Of a DNA stretch of 64,000 nt, positions 1 to 9,488 are shown piece after piece. The DNA comes from Escherichia coli (lineage in GTDB: Bacteria > Pseudomonadota > Gammaproteobacteria > Enterobacterales > Enterobacteriaceae). Both the position numbers and the translations under genes were made by a program. The stretch lies in the NCBI RefSeq assembly GCF_051903065.1, contig NZ_CP178439.1, one strand, 5' to 3'. Every line of letters starts with the position of its first letter. Position 1 is the stretch's first letter. The notes beneath the pieces were generated by a model, which had not been told where the DNA came from, made no database searches, and saw only the letters and a list, made by a program, of their open reading frames with translations.

Positions 1-759
1 GCGGCATTGATGTTCGGCTCATTTGCTATCGGAGAGGGTGACGAGTTCTCTGATATCGAATTCGCAGTGTTCATCCAGGATGACCATTTTGAAAATTTCG
101 ATCAGCGCTCGTGGCTTAATGCCGTAAGTCCGGTTGCTGCTTACTTTCCGGACGACTTCGGCCACCACACCGCACTTTTTGAAAACGGCATTCGCGGTGA
201 ATTCCATTTCATGCGAAAATCGGACATACCGGTCATTTCCACTTGGCAAGGCTATGGGTGGTTTCCCTCGCTTGAGGCGGCTGTTTTGTTGGACCGATCA
301 GGAGAGTTGTCAAGGTACGCAAGCGCTCTCGTGGGCGGTCCCCCGATACGTGAAGGCGCGCCGCTGGTGGAAGGGCTTGTGTTGAACCTCATCAGCCTGA
401 TGCTCTTTGGGGCCAATCTTTTAAATCGGGGAGAGTACGCTCGCGCCTGGGCTTTGCTCAGCAAAGCACATGAAAACCTACTCAAGCTGGTTCGACTCCA
501 CGAAGGGGCAACAGACCACTGGCCGACACCTTCACGCGCGCTCGAAAAGGATATCTCGGAGGACTCGTATAATCGCTATCTGGCATGCACAAGCAGTGCA
601 GAACCAAGAGCACTATGTGCAGCCTATCATCAAACGTGGACGTGGAGTCTCGAATTGTTCAAGAGCGTGACAGAACCTCTGAATATCGAGCTTCCGAGAA
701 CTGTAATTGCGCAGGCAAAAAGGTTGCTCAATGAGTCTGCGACGCCGCACAACAAGTAA
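1..759 (+). CDS. lnu(F): Lincosamide nucleotidyltransferase, Lnu(F)-like; 5' end lies outside the window
   Basis: ORF 7..759 open to the window edge; nucleotidyltransferase motif FGSFAIGEGDEFSDIEF; recognised as Lnu(F)-like from memory; followed by attC-like and 3'-CS-like sequence. Confidence 0.6.
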   Translation, partial: AALMFGSFAIGEGDEFSDIEFAVFIQDDHFENFDQRSWLNAVSPVAAYFPDDFGHHTALFENGIRGEFHFMRKSDIPVISTWQGYGWFPSLEAAVLLDRSGELSRYASALVGGPPIREGAPLVEGLVLNLISLMLFGANLLNRGEYARAWALLSKAHENLLKLVRLHEGATDHWPTPSRALEKDISEDSYNRYLACTSSAEPRALCAAYHQTWTWSLELFKSVTEPLNIELPRTVIAQAKRLLNESATPHNK

Positions 760-848
760 ATCCAGCGGACGCATAAAAACGCGCCGCTGATTTTGACGTT
801 AGATGCACTAAGCACATAATTGCTCACAGCCAAACTATCAGGTCAAGT
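760..848 (+). other. Cassette attC remnant plus first bases of class 1 integron 3'-conserved segment, cut by IS26
   Basis: Sequence gttagatgcactaagcacataattgctcacagccaaactatcaggtcaagt matches the start of the 3'-CS as I recall it; abuts the IS26 end at 849. Confidence 0.45.
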
Positions 849-1668
849 GGCACTGTTGCAAATAGTCGGTGGTGATAAACTTATCATCCCCTTTTGCTGA
901 TGGAGCTGCACATGAACCCATTCAAAGGCCGGCATTTTCAGCGTGACATCATTCTGTGGGCCGTACGCTGGTACTGCAAATACGGCATCAGTTACCGTGA
1001 GCTGCAGGAGATGCTGGCTGAACGCGGAGTGAATGTCGATCACTCCACGATTTACCGCTGGGTTCAGCGTTATGCGCCTGAAATGGAAAAACGGCTGCGC
1101 TGGTACTGGCGTAACCCTTCCGATCTTTGCCCGTGGCACATGGATGAAACCTACGTGAAGGTCAATGGCCGCTGGGCGTATCTGTACCGGGCCGTCGACA
1201 GCCGGGGCCGCACTGTCGATTTTTATCTCTCCTCCCGTCGTAACAGCAAAGCTGCATACCGGTTTCTGGGTAAAATCCTCAACAACGTGAAGAAGTGGCA
1301 GATCCCGCGATTCATCAACACGGATAAAGCGCCCGCCTATGGTCGCGCGCTTGCTCTGCTCAAACGCGAAGGCCGGTGCCCGTCTGACGTTGAACACCGA
1401 CAGATTAAGTACCGGAACAACGTGATTGAATGCGATCATGGCAAACTGAAACGGATAATCGGCGCCACGCTGGGATTTAAATCCATGAAGACGGCTTACG
1501 CCACCATCAAAGGTATTGAGGTGATGCGTGCACTACGCAAAGGCCAGGCCTCAGCATTTTATTATGGTGATCCCCTGGGCGAAATGCGCCTGGTAAGCAG
1601 AGTTTTTGAAATGTAAGGCCTTTGAATAAGACAAAAGGCTGCCTCATCGCTAACTTTGCAACAGTGCC
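849..1668 (+). mobile_element. tnpA: IS26 copy 1 (820 bp), transposase CDS 912..1616, Gly at residue 184 (KRIIGATLG)
   Basis: Terminal inverted repeats GGCACTGTTGCAAA at 849 and TTTGCAACAGTGCC ending 1668; 234-aa Tnp26 ORF; flanks ggtcaagt / catttatg do not match. Confidence 0.95.
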
Positions 1669-1928
1669 CATTTATGAATGTTCCTGTTATGGCTTATGTT
1701 CAAGAAAGCATTGCCCCTGAAATGATGGGCAAGGTGTTTTCCCTTTTGATGACCGCCATGACTCTTTCTATGCCGATAGGCTTACTTGTTGCAGGTCCGG
1801 TTGTTGAGGTTATAGGTGTTAATACATGGTTTTTCTGGTCTGGTGTTGCGTTGATAGTAAACGCTGTTCTCTGCCGCATTCTGACACGACGCTATGACAA
1901 AGTAACAATGAAACCGCAAGTGGACTGA
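1669..1928 (+). pseudogene. mef(B): C-terminal fragment of an MFS macrolide-efflux protein, Mef(B)-like, 5'-truncated by IS26
   Basis: Hydrophobic C-terminal 86 codons in frame directly after the IS26 end; sul3 nearby fits the known sul3/mef(B) association. Confidence 0.5.
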
Positions 1929-2073
1929 AAAAAGGACCGGGTTGATGATAATTTGTAGTGGTGAGCTTCTGGGAGTACAAAACAAAGTGCTCAAAATTGT
2001 CGGGCTCATGGCGTTTAACGGTATTAATTTCGCTTATAATAATCTTTCTATAATAGCCTAAAGGAGAATATCT

Positions 2074-2937
2074 ATGATACCTAATAGCGAAAATAAAAGA
2101 GTATGGTTTATTACCGGAGCAAGCAAGGGGCTTGGCTATGCTTTTACATGCGCCGCCTTGAAAGCCGGGGATAAAGTTGTTGCAGTTGCAAGGACTATCG
2201 ATAATTTGGCGAAGCTAGAAGAAACATATCAAGAGAGCTTACTGCCATTAAACCTCGATGTTACAGATAGGGAGGCTGTTTTTTCTACGGTTGAAACAGC
2301 AGTTAAACATTTCGGTAGGCTTGATATTGTTGTTAATAATGCGGGTATCATGACTATGGGTATGATTGAAGAACTAAACGAATCCGATGCTCGGAAACTA
2401 ATGGACACAAACTTTTTTGGAGCTCTTTGGGTTTGTCAGGCAGTGATGCCCTATTTGAGGTCGCAGCGTTCTGGACATATCATACAGATTACAAGCATTG
2501 GCGCTATTATCTCGGGTCCGATGTCTGGTATTTACAGTGCAAGTAAATTTGCGCTGGAAGGAATGAGTGAAGCCTTAGCAAAAGAAGCGGAACATTTCGG
2601 AGTGAAACTCACTATGGTGGAACCAGGAGGATATTGGACAGATTTATACACTTCGATGAGTTACAGCAATCCATTAGATTCATACGGTACACTGCGCGAT
2701 GAGCTGGCGAAACAGTATTCCGAAGATTCGGTCGATAGTGATCCTTCCTTGGCAGCGGAAGCCCTTATGAAATTAGTAGCCAGCAATAATCCGCCTTTGA
2801 GGCTTATCCTTGGCAGCATGGTATACGATTTGGCGATGGATACCTTAAAAGCACGGATGGCTACCTGGGAAGAATGGGAAGCTGTTAGCCGTGCATCAGA
2901 AAAGGCTATTCCTGCACCGGAGAGATATGGAGTATAA
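2074..2937 (+). CDS. Short-chain dehydrogenase/reductase (SDR) family oxidoreductase
   Basis: TGASKGLG cofactor motif, NNAG, and YSASK catalytic motif in a 287-aa ORF. Confidence 0.75.
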   Translation: MIPNSENKRVWFITGASKGLGYAFTCAALKAGDKVVAVARTIDNLAKLEETYQESLLPLNLDVTDREAVFSTVETAVKHFGRLDIVVNNAGIMTMGMIEELNESDARKLMDTNFFGALWVCQAVMPYLRSQRSGHIIQITSIGAIISGPMSGIYSASKFALEGMSEALAKEAEHFGVKLTMVEPGGYWTDLYTSMSYSNPLDSYGTLRDELAKQYSEDSVDSDPSLAAEALMKLVASNNPPLRLILGSMVYDLAMDTLKARMATWEEWEAVSRASEKAIPAPERYGV

Positions 2938-2974
2938 TACCAAACATGGTTTTTGAGGCAAGGACGAAACTATC

Positions 2975-3220
2975 ATGAAAATTGAAATTATGGAATATAA
3001 CCCGGATTGGACAAAGAATTTTGAAGAAGAGAAAATAAAATTGCTCCATTTTTTCGGTTCTCATGCCGTAGCCATTGAACATATCGGAAGCACGGCGATA
3101 CCCAATCAACGGGCGAAACCGGTTATAGATATATTTATTGGCGTTTCGCCTTTTGCTGAACTACCTTTTATCAGCGCATTTTTAATGCAAAGGAGTATCA
3201 CCACACTCCGACAGATATGA
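2975..3220 (+). pseudogene. GrpB/UPF0157-like nucleotidyltransferase, N-terminal fragment
   Basis: 81-aa ORF with EHIGSTAIP...KPVIDI motif; about half the expected family length. Confidence 0.35.
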
Positions 3221-3688
3221 CAGGCAGATATTTGTTTGCAAAATATACAAATGAAGTTTGGACCCATAATCTTCTTGCTTTGGTGTAGGTATAATACCCA
3301 AAAACGAAGTTTATGCGGAACAGGATAACACCTCGAAATCGGAGTTTATATGGCTTCGTGGGGGAGTTATGTGTTTGAGCTTTGTCGCATTAACGCGAAT
3401 CAGGGGTTGACGGCAGAAATAGACTGGAATTACACTTCTTGGAGTCGGCGTTGCCGGAAAATTCTGATTGGATTAGTTGTTCGGGGTGCGAAAACAGTCG
3501 TAGTTCGGGGAAAAAACCGAATTTTGACCCAAAACCGCGAAAAACTCGAAATGACAGTTCCTATCAGTTTTCATAATGAATTAAAACAAAAAAATTAGGC
3601 TGCAAAGATAGGGAAAATGTGTCAATTTGCGTAAGTGATAATTAGTCAATTAAGATAAATGCTACTTTTGTAATCAAAGCAAAATGAT

Positions 3689-4480
3689 ATGAGCAAGATT
3701 TTTGGAATCGTAAATATAACCACCGATAGTTTTTCCGATGGAGGACTTTATTTAGATACAGATAAGGCAATTGAGCATGCTCTGCATTTGGTTGAAGATG
3801 GAGCAGATGTGATTGATTTGGGAGCCGCTTCCAGTAATCCTGATACAACTGAAGTGGGCGTTGTGGAAGAAATCAAAAGACTCAAACCTGTCATTAAGGC
3901 TTTAAAAGAAAAAGGCATTTCTATTTCTGTTGATACATTTAAACCTGAGGTTCAGAGTTTTTGCATAGAACAAAAGGTTGATTTTATTAATGATATTCAA
4001 GGTTTTCCTTATCCTGAGATTTATTCAGGCTTGGCAAAGTCAGATTGCAAACTTGTGTTGATGCACTCCGTTCAGCGAATTGGTGCAGCTACTAAAGTTG
4101 AAACGAATCCGGAAGAGGTTTTTACTTCCATGATGGAATTTTTTAAAGAAAGAATTGCTGCTTTAGTTGAGGCTGGTGTAAAGCGTGAACGAATTATTCT
4201 TGATCCGGGTATGGGCTTCTTTTTAGGCTCTAATCCAGAAACATCTATTCTTGTTTTGAAGCGTTTCCCTGAAATTCAAGAAGCTTTTAATTTGCAAGTA
4301 ATGATTGCAGTGTCACGGAAATCATTCTTAGGTAAAATAACTGGAACCGATGTGAAATCTCGTTTAGCACCAACTCTTGCAGCAGAAATGTATGCATACA
4401 AAAAAGGTGCAGATTATCTCCGCACCCATGATGTTAAGTCTTTATCAGATGCCTTGAAAATATCCAAAGCCCTAGGTTAG
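3689..4480 (+). CDS. sul3: Dihydropteroate synthase Sul3 (sulfonamide resistance)
   Basis: 263-aa ORF starting MSKIFGIVNITTDSFSDGG, recognised as Sul3; DHPS fold motifs. Confidence 0.9.
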   Translation: MSKIFGIVNITTDSFSDGGLYLDTDKAIEHALHLVEDGADVIDLGAASSNPDTTEVGVVEEIKRLKPVIKALKEKGISISVDTFKPEVQSFCIEQKVDFINDIQGFPYPEIYSGLAKSDCKLVLMHSVQRIGAATKVETNPEEVFTSMMEFFKERIAALVEAGVKRERIILDPGMGFFLGSNPETSILVLKRFPEIQEAFNLQVMIAVSRKSFLGKITGTDVKSRLAPTLAAEMYAYKKGADYLRTHDVKSLSDALKISKALG

Positions 4481-4701
4481 TTTTATTTTTTTAGCTTTCT
4501 AAATGAATATGCTATACTTGCTCTGAAGTTGTGTTGGCGTACTTGACTTAGGTCTGGATCTTTCGAACTGTTACTAAGAGGGTAATCATAGCCAAACATA
4601 AACTGGAAATGTCCTAATTCTAAACCTGTTCCAATACCTACACTATGGTGATGCTGCCAACTTACTGATTTAGTGTATGATGGTGTTTTTGAGGTGCTCC
4701 A

Positions 4702-4977
4702 GTGGCTTCTGTTTCTATCAGCTGTCCCTCCTGTTCAGCTACTGACGGGGTGGTGCGTAACGGCAAAAGCACCGCCGGACATCAGCGCTATCTCTGCTCT
4801 CACTGCCGTAAAACATGGCAACTGCAGTTCACTTACACCGCTTCTCAACCCGGTACGCACCAGAAAATCATTGATATGGCCATGAATGGCGTTGGATGCC
4901 GGGCAACCGCCCGCATTATGGGCGTTGGCCTCAACACGATTTTCCGCCATTTAAAAAACTCAGGCCGCAGTCGGTAA
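4702..4977 (+). CDS. insA: IS1 InsA
   Basis: 91-aa [43 protein letters not shown], zinc-finger InsA. Confidence 0.85.
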   Translation: MASVSISCPSCSATDGVVRNGKSTAGHQRYLCSHCRKTWQLQFTYTASQPGTHQKIIDMAMNGVGCRATARIMGVGLNTIFRHLKNSGRSR

Positions 4978-5399
4978 CCTCGCGCATACAGCCGGGCAGT
5001 GACGTCATCGTCTGCGCGGAAATGGACGAACAGTGGGGATACGTCGGGGCTAAATCGCGCCAGCGCTGGCTGTTTTACGCGTATGACAGGCTCCGGAAGA
5101 CGGTTGTTGCGCACGTATTCGGTGAACGCACTATGGCGACGCTGGGGCGTCTTATGAGCCTGCTGTCACCCTTTGACGTGGTGATATGGATGACGGATGG
5201 CTGGCCGCTGTATGAATCCCGCCTGAAGGGAAAGCTGCACGTAATCAGCAAGCGATATACGCAGCGAATTGAGCGGCATAACCTGAATCTGAGGCAGCAC
5301 CTGGCACGGCTGGGACGGAAGTCGCTGTCGTTCTCAAAATCGGTGGAGCTGCATGACAAAGTCATCGGGCATTATCTGAACATAAAACACTATCAATAA
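4896..5399 (+). CDS. insB: IS1 InsB reading frame (expressed as InsAB' by -1 frameshift)
   Basis: Overlapping downstream ORF inside IS1. Confidence 0.75.
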   Translation: MPGNRPHYGRWPQHDFPPFKKLRPQSVTSRIQPGSDVIVCAEMDEQWGYVGAKSRQRWLFYAYDRLRKTVVAHVFGERTMATLGRLMSLLSPFDVVIWMTDGWPLYESRLKGKLHVISKRYTQRIERHNLNLRQHLARLGRKSLSFSKSVELHDKVIGHYLNIKHYQ

Positions 5400-5442
5400 G
5401 TTGGAGTCATTACCGGAGAATTGTATCATTAACAGTCTAGTT

Positions 5443-6108
5443 CTAACGACTACCACTTTTAAGTATGTATTGAGCCAGTTTTATATTCAGGCACACCATA
5501 TTGCACTCTAGCTCTTTCATCATTCTTGAAGAACTCTTAATTAAGTATTCTTCAAGTGGGCCAGCATATGCCCCTGATGTCACGATCGTTAGTTGCGTAA
5601 GAGGATGAGTCAAACTCTCAATGCCCTTCAGGATGTCATTCTGGACAGCAGCAATATAAACAGGCGAAGCCGCAATCAAATATTCATCATTCGGGCTGGA
5701 CTGCATTAACTGGCTTATAGTTGCGCAACGGTTATGCTTACCTAGTGATTTTGTGATGGCTTTCCACCAGAGATCATGCCTGAATGGTACTTGATGAAAT
5801 GTCGCCTCGTAAGAGGGCACCCGATCTCGACTATTTAAAAACCCCATCCCGGCAGAGATTATCCACAACTCCAGATTTCTGGTTGAGTTTAAAATTTCCT
5901 TTGCCGTAGACCAGTGATTACCTGAATACAAGGACAATGCCGGTACCGCCTGATTACTTCTGGCGTCGTCTACAATGTTACTCCAGGCATATGCTGCGTC
6001 GTCCGGGGTTTGTTTTGGATCTATGTCCAATGTCGGCCAGACGTGGCCCTGATGATTCTTGCCCTTTGTACAGGAAGTGATTAAGTGTACTGAGCGTTCA
6101 GAGAACAT
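5443..6108 (-). CDS. Hypothetical protein (221 aa)
   Basis: Six-frame ORF in AT-rich backbone; no family recognised. Confidence 0.5.
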   Translation of the reverse strand: MFSERSVHLITSCTKGKNHQGHVWPTLDIDPKQTPDDAAYAWSNIVDDARSNQAVPALSLYSGNHWSTAKEILNSTRNLELWIISAGMGFLNSRDRVPSYEATFHQVPFRHDLWWKAITKSLGKHNRCATISQLMQSSPNDEYLIAASPVYIAAVQNDILKGIESLTHPLTQLTIVTSGAYAGPLEEYLIKSSSRMMKELECNMVCLNIKLAQYILKSGSR

Positions 6109-6165
6109 TATCTTCCTTACATACCCATAGAACAGCTTTCTAAGAACGGTGGGCTCGCCTGAAAA

Positions 6166-6546
6166 TTACAAATCAGCCCCTTTCACGGCATCATTTTGAT
6201 TCTTCGCGTCTGCCCCCAGTAAGATGACCGGTTTTCTGCATGACAGTGTTATTCCTAACAAACGCAACACAAAACCACGCCAGCCAGAGCAAATTTTTTC
6301 ATTTGCTGCGTAAAGCCTATTGTTTTCTCTTTTAAGCTTCGCCCACTCGTTACAGAGGGTAACATCATCAAGCGCTGTTATATGCTTCGCCTCACCTTCG
6401 ACGATAACGGTATGGATACCGTATGCTGTAAATCTCATACTATTTTCCAGAACCCAGTTGCGGTATTCGTCGAGTCCACCTTCGGAACCGGTAGCTCTGC
6501 GCCACATTTCAATTTGCTTGTGTGATGGGTCAAGTGTACTTGTCAT
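6166..6546 (-). CDS. Hypothetical protein (126 aa)
   Basis: ORF upstream of and co-oriented with 5443..6108; divergent from the 7189 operon. Confidence 0.5.
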   Translation of the reverse strand: MTSTLDPSHKQIEMWRRATGSEGGLDEYRNWVLENSMRFTAYGIHTVIVEGEAKHITALDDVTLCNEWAKLKRENNRLYAANEKICSGWRGFVLRLLGITLSCRKPVILLGADAKNQNDAVKGADL

Positions 6547-6814
6547 TGAAGCCTCGTCTCAGCGATAACGCTTGAAATAGCCCGCTTTGGTCATCATGAA
6601 ATTAGCCATCTGACTGGCGATTTGATTGTATCTTACTCATAGTGCCCTACCTATAGGTTAAAAAGGGGCATTTTCGCTTTATAGCGTGTTCAGCAGCATC
6701 AATCCTCCCAAGAAAGGCTGGCTTATTAAGCCGGTCCATCATTTTCTGTATATCTCTCATCAATTTTTATATCCGCCCTGGAGTGCACCGTTCAAGCACA
6801 CCGATTAGGCAGAT

Positions 6815-6875
6815 AGTCACTAGTTAACTCTTTACTAGTGACTAAATTCCATTGATATACGTGACAACGTCACGT
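6815..6875. promoter_or_regulatory. Two perfect palindromes (AGTCACTAGT-N9-ACTAGTGACT and ACGTGAC-AAC-GTCACGT) in the divergent intergenic region
   Basis: Read directly at 6815..6843 and 6859..6875; a third palindrome AGTAAAG-C-CTTTACT lies at 7084..7098. Confidence 0.35.
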
Positions 6876-7188
6876 CATGAAAGCTTATAAATGCCTATTT
6901 TTCATACAATGGGATTTAATTAGGAGTAAATCCCATAGGCTTACATAAGGATGACAATTAAAAGCGTTAAATATCAACCAGATAGAATGATTACCCCCAA
7001 TTAATGGGCTCATCACATTATTTCACTGGCTGGGGTTATTGCTGGCATATCTGAAAGTGCTAATATGTTAGTCATTAGTAATTAGTAAAGCCTTTACTAA
7101 ACGCGTTTCTACGTAAATTCTATAGGTTTTATAGTGTCCTACCTTTGCTCAAATCAAAATGTTCTGACATACCAAAATGGAGTGTAAA

Positions 7189-8007
7189 ATGACTCAAAAC
7201 CAGGGTTCTGAGCCAGTACCGGCGAGCCGGACAGGGCAGCTCATCAGCGCCCGGGATATGGCCATGCAGAAATTCGAAGAAGGGATGCGGTTAATCTCGG
7301 AAGCGTCGGAACTGTGCGGTCTCTCTCTCTTCACCAGCAGAATTATGCAGCCCAACGCATTTGGTCTTCCGTCGTCACTGGATCGCACCATCGAGGAGGG
7401 GCGTAAGGAAATTGACCGTAAAACGTGGAAAAGGCTCTTTGAAGAAACAGGTATGGACCGGTACTGGAACCATAAGCAAAAAGAAGCCTTTAACGAATCC
7501 CTTCGTACGGATCCGCCCGTCGCTTCCCTGGAGATTGTTAAGGGAACATTACAGCATGCACTGGCTAACAGACGAGACACCCTTGCAGAAGGTTTCGTTG
7601 ATGTTCTCAACAAGCTTGACCGAAGTTTCAAAAGCAATGCCAGGCAATATACAATGCCAAAAAAGCTTGTTCTTCGGGGGATTTTTCCTGGTGTGAACGT
7701 GCTGAGGTACAACGGTTTCTCGCAGGACAATCACTTTTGTTTACGCGACTTTGAGAATATTGTATGCATCTGTTCTGATACTCCAACACCTGCAACCGGC
7801 GGTGGGCTGAGTATGGTCGACAGGCTGACGGCCATGAGAAATACAGAATTCACAGGCGAGGTCAGTGATGAGAATGGCTGGCGGTGTCGCCTGTTTGAGA
7901 ATGGAAACGTTCATATTTGCATCGACAGTATCTCGCTTCTGAATGCTCTGAACGATCTTATCAGCATATATTTTGCAAACCAGCTTCCGGCCGCAGGAAA
8001 AAAATGA
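7189..8007 (+). CDS. Hypothetical protein (about 272 aa)
   Basis: ORF 7177..8007; ATG at 7189 has GGAG 6 nt upstream; stop overlaps next start (ATGA at 8004..8007). Confidence 0.55.
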   Translation: MTQNQGSEPVPASRTGQLISARDMAMQKFEEGMRLISEASELCGLSLFTSRIMQPNAFGLPSSLDRTIEEGRKEIDRKTWKRLFEETGMDRYWNHKQKEAFNESLRTDPPVASLEIVKGTLQHALANRRDTLAEGFVDVLNKLDRSFKSNARQYTMPKKLVLRGIFPGVNVLRYNGFSQDNHFCLRDFENIVCICSDTPTPATGGGLSMVDRLTAMRNTEFTGEVSDENGWRCRLFENGNVHICIDSISLLNALNDLISIYFANQLPAAGKK

Positions 8008-9209
8008 TGATTGAAAATGATAAAGAAAAAAGCCTGAACGATGCTACCCCGCCAGAGGTGCAGAATGACATCCGCAGCGAATCCACTGAAAAATCAAAGG
8101 AAATGGGTCGTTCAAGGTACTCATCTATCGCGATGATCGATTACTTCAATGCAATCGAACGTCTGTGCAAAGAGAAAGAAATTAACCCGGAAAATATCGA
8201 TCTGAGCTTCAAAGTTCACTGGCTCAGAAACGCTGTTGGCGGCTCGTTTGCAAGGTCACAGGAGATGTTCGCGGAGTACCAGAAGTATGTTAAAGAGGTT
8301 CCTGAAGAGGCCCGTTACCTGGATATACCCGATGAGGTAAAGGTTGCACTCGGCGATATTATCTCGTACATCACCTGGCACTACCGTAGAAGCTATACCG
8401 CAATACAGAATGATAGTGTTAAAAAAGCTGAAGCACGTAGCATGCAGCTGGAGGAGGAGGTAACGCAGCTGTTACAGCGGCTTGAGCAAAGCGCTACCGA
8501 TATGGATGAGCTGAAACTTGAGAATCAGGCACTACAGGGTCGATTAGAGATCCGGGACAGTACCGTCAAGGAGTTAGAAACAAGGCTGAATGTTGCCGAA
8601 GCAGAACTCGAAACCTGCCATCACCAGTTAGATAGCACACGGCATGAATTGAGCCTCGCACAGCAGTCAAATGACTCACTCTCCCAGCAACTGGCTGAAC
8701 GTAAAACAGAGATCGCTGGTCACCTTGAATATCAAAAAAAGCTGAACGAAGAGATCAACACGCAGCGTTCTGATAACGCCGGTCTTTCCAGACAATGCGA
8801 CCAGTTAAGTCAGACTGTGTCAGATACAAAGGCAGAGAGGGACAGGTTTGAACAGGAATTGATTGCTGCACAGAACCTTTGTACTGAGCTGAAAAGTGCA
8901 CTGTCCGGGAAAGAGGGTGACCTGGTGGCGGTGAATGCCGAGCTTACTGAACTCCATAAACTAAACGAGTCGCTGAGCGCCGACCTGAATAAAGTAACTT
9001 TGGTCAGCCAGGGCTATGAAGCGGAAGTGGCTGAACAAAGCAATGAACTCAAAACGCTCCAGGCCAAAGTAATGAAGCTGGAAGCTACCCTGGAGGCGGA
9101 GAAAACAATCTCAGAATCCCTAAAAGGCACCATTGATACATTAACTGGTGCAATGGCAGGGGGAGGTACTGGAAAGTCAAAACAGCCGCGTAGCAGAAAA
9201 ACATCATGA
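8004..9209 (+). CDS. Coiled-coil protein (401 aa), KfrA-like architecture
   Basis: Globular N-terminus then ~300 aa of heptad-like E/Q/L-rich sequence; translationally coupled to upstream gene. Confidence 0.55.
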   Translation: MMIENDKEKSLNDATPPEVQNDIRSESTEKSKEMGRSRYSSIAMIDYFNAIERLCKEKEINPENIDLSFKVHWLRNAVGGSFARSQEMFAEYQKYVKEVPEEARYLDIPDEVKVALGDIISYITWHYRRSYTAIQNDSVKKAEARSMQLEEEVTQLLQRLEQSATDMDELKLENQALQGRLEIRDSTVKELETRLNVAEAELETCHHQLDSTRHELSLAQQSNDSLSQQLAERKTEIAGHLEYQKKLNEEINTQRSDNAGLSRQCDQLSQTVSDTKAERDRFEQELIAAQNLCTELKSALSGKEGDLVAVNAELTELHKLNESLSADLNKVTLVSQGYEAEVAEQSNELKTLQAKVMKLEATLEAEKTISESLKGTIDTLTGAMAGGGTGKSKQPRSRKTS

Positions 9210-9272
9210 TAAATGAAGCCAGGTTGATACACTTCTCTGCATCCCCTGGCACATAAGAACTTCTGCGGACAT

Positions 9273-9476
9273 TCAGCCCGTCCGCAGGAGTTTTCGTCCT
9301 TCAGTCAACAAATGCACTACCTTTTTTGAGTCTCCACTTTCCAGAGCAGAAAACACGTTACCGATTCTACCAACAGCTTGTATCTGAGTGATAACCCCAG
9401 TCTTGTAATCATCTAGGATCCCTGACAGGAAAGCGTTCAGTTTTGTCTGTTCGCTTAGCGAAAGCATGTAGGACAT
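9273..9476 (-). CDS. Small hypothetical protein (67 aa)
   Basis: ORF immediately downstream of 9489..10808 on the same strand. Confidence 0.3.
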   Translation of the reverse strand: MSYMLSLSEQTKLNAFLSGILDDYKTGVITQIQAVGRIGNVFSALESGDSKKVVHLLTEGRKLLRTG

Positions 9477-9488
9477 TTTTTCTCCATT

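Larger units (their letters stand above)
4647..5414 (+). mobile_element. IS1 (768 bp)
   Basis: Left end GGTGATGCTGCCAACTTACTGAT at 4647, right end ...AATAAGTTGGAGTCATTACC at 5414; 9-bp flanks ctacactat / ggagaattg do not match. Confidence 0.9.

Noticed and set aside
843-1439. Long antisense ORF inside IS26, recurring in every copy (also 18696..19370, 25819..26697, 29848..30546, 32996..33616, 35255..35908, 45216..46622, 53039..53908)
   Set aside because: Known open antisense frame of IS26; variable lengths are read-through into flanking DNA, and the true gene is tnp26 on the other strand.
3350-3598. 82-aa ORF upstream of sul3
   Set aside because: No RBS or recognisable family; probably non-coding sequence of the sul3 upstream region.
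4486-4646. Minus-strand C-terminal fragment of a possible outer-membrane protein, cut by IS1
   Set aside because: Only about 53 codons remain and identity cannot be established; noted as a probable gene remnant only.
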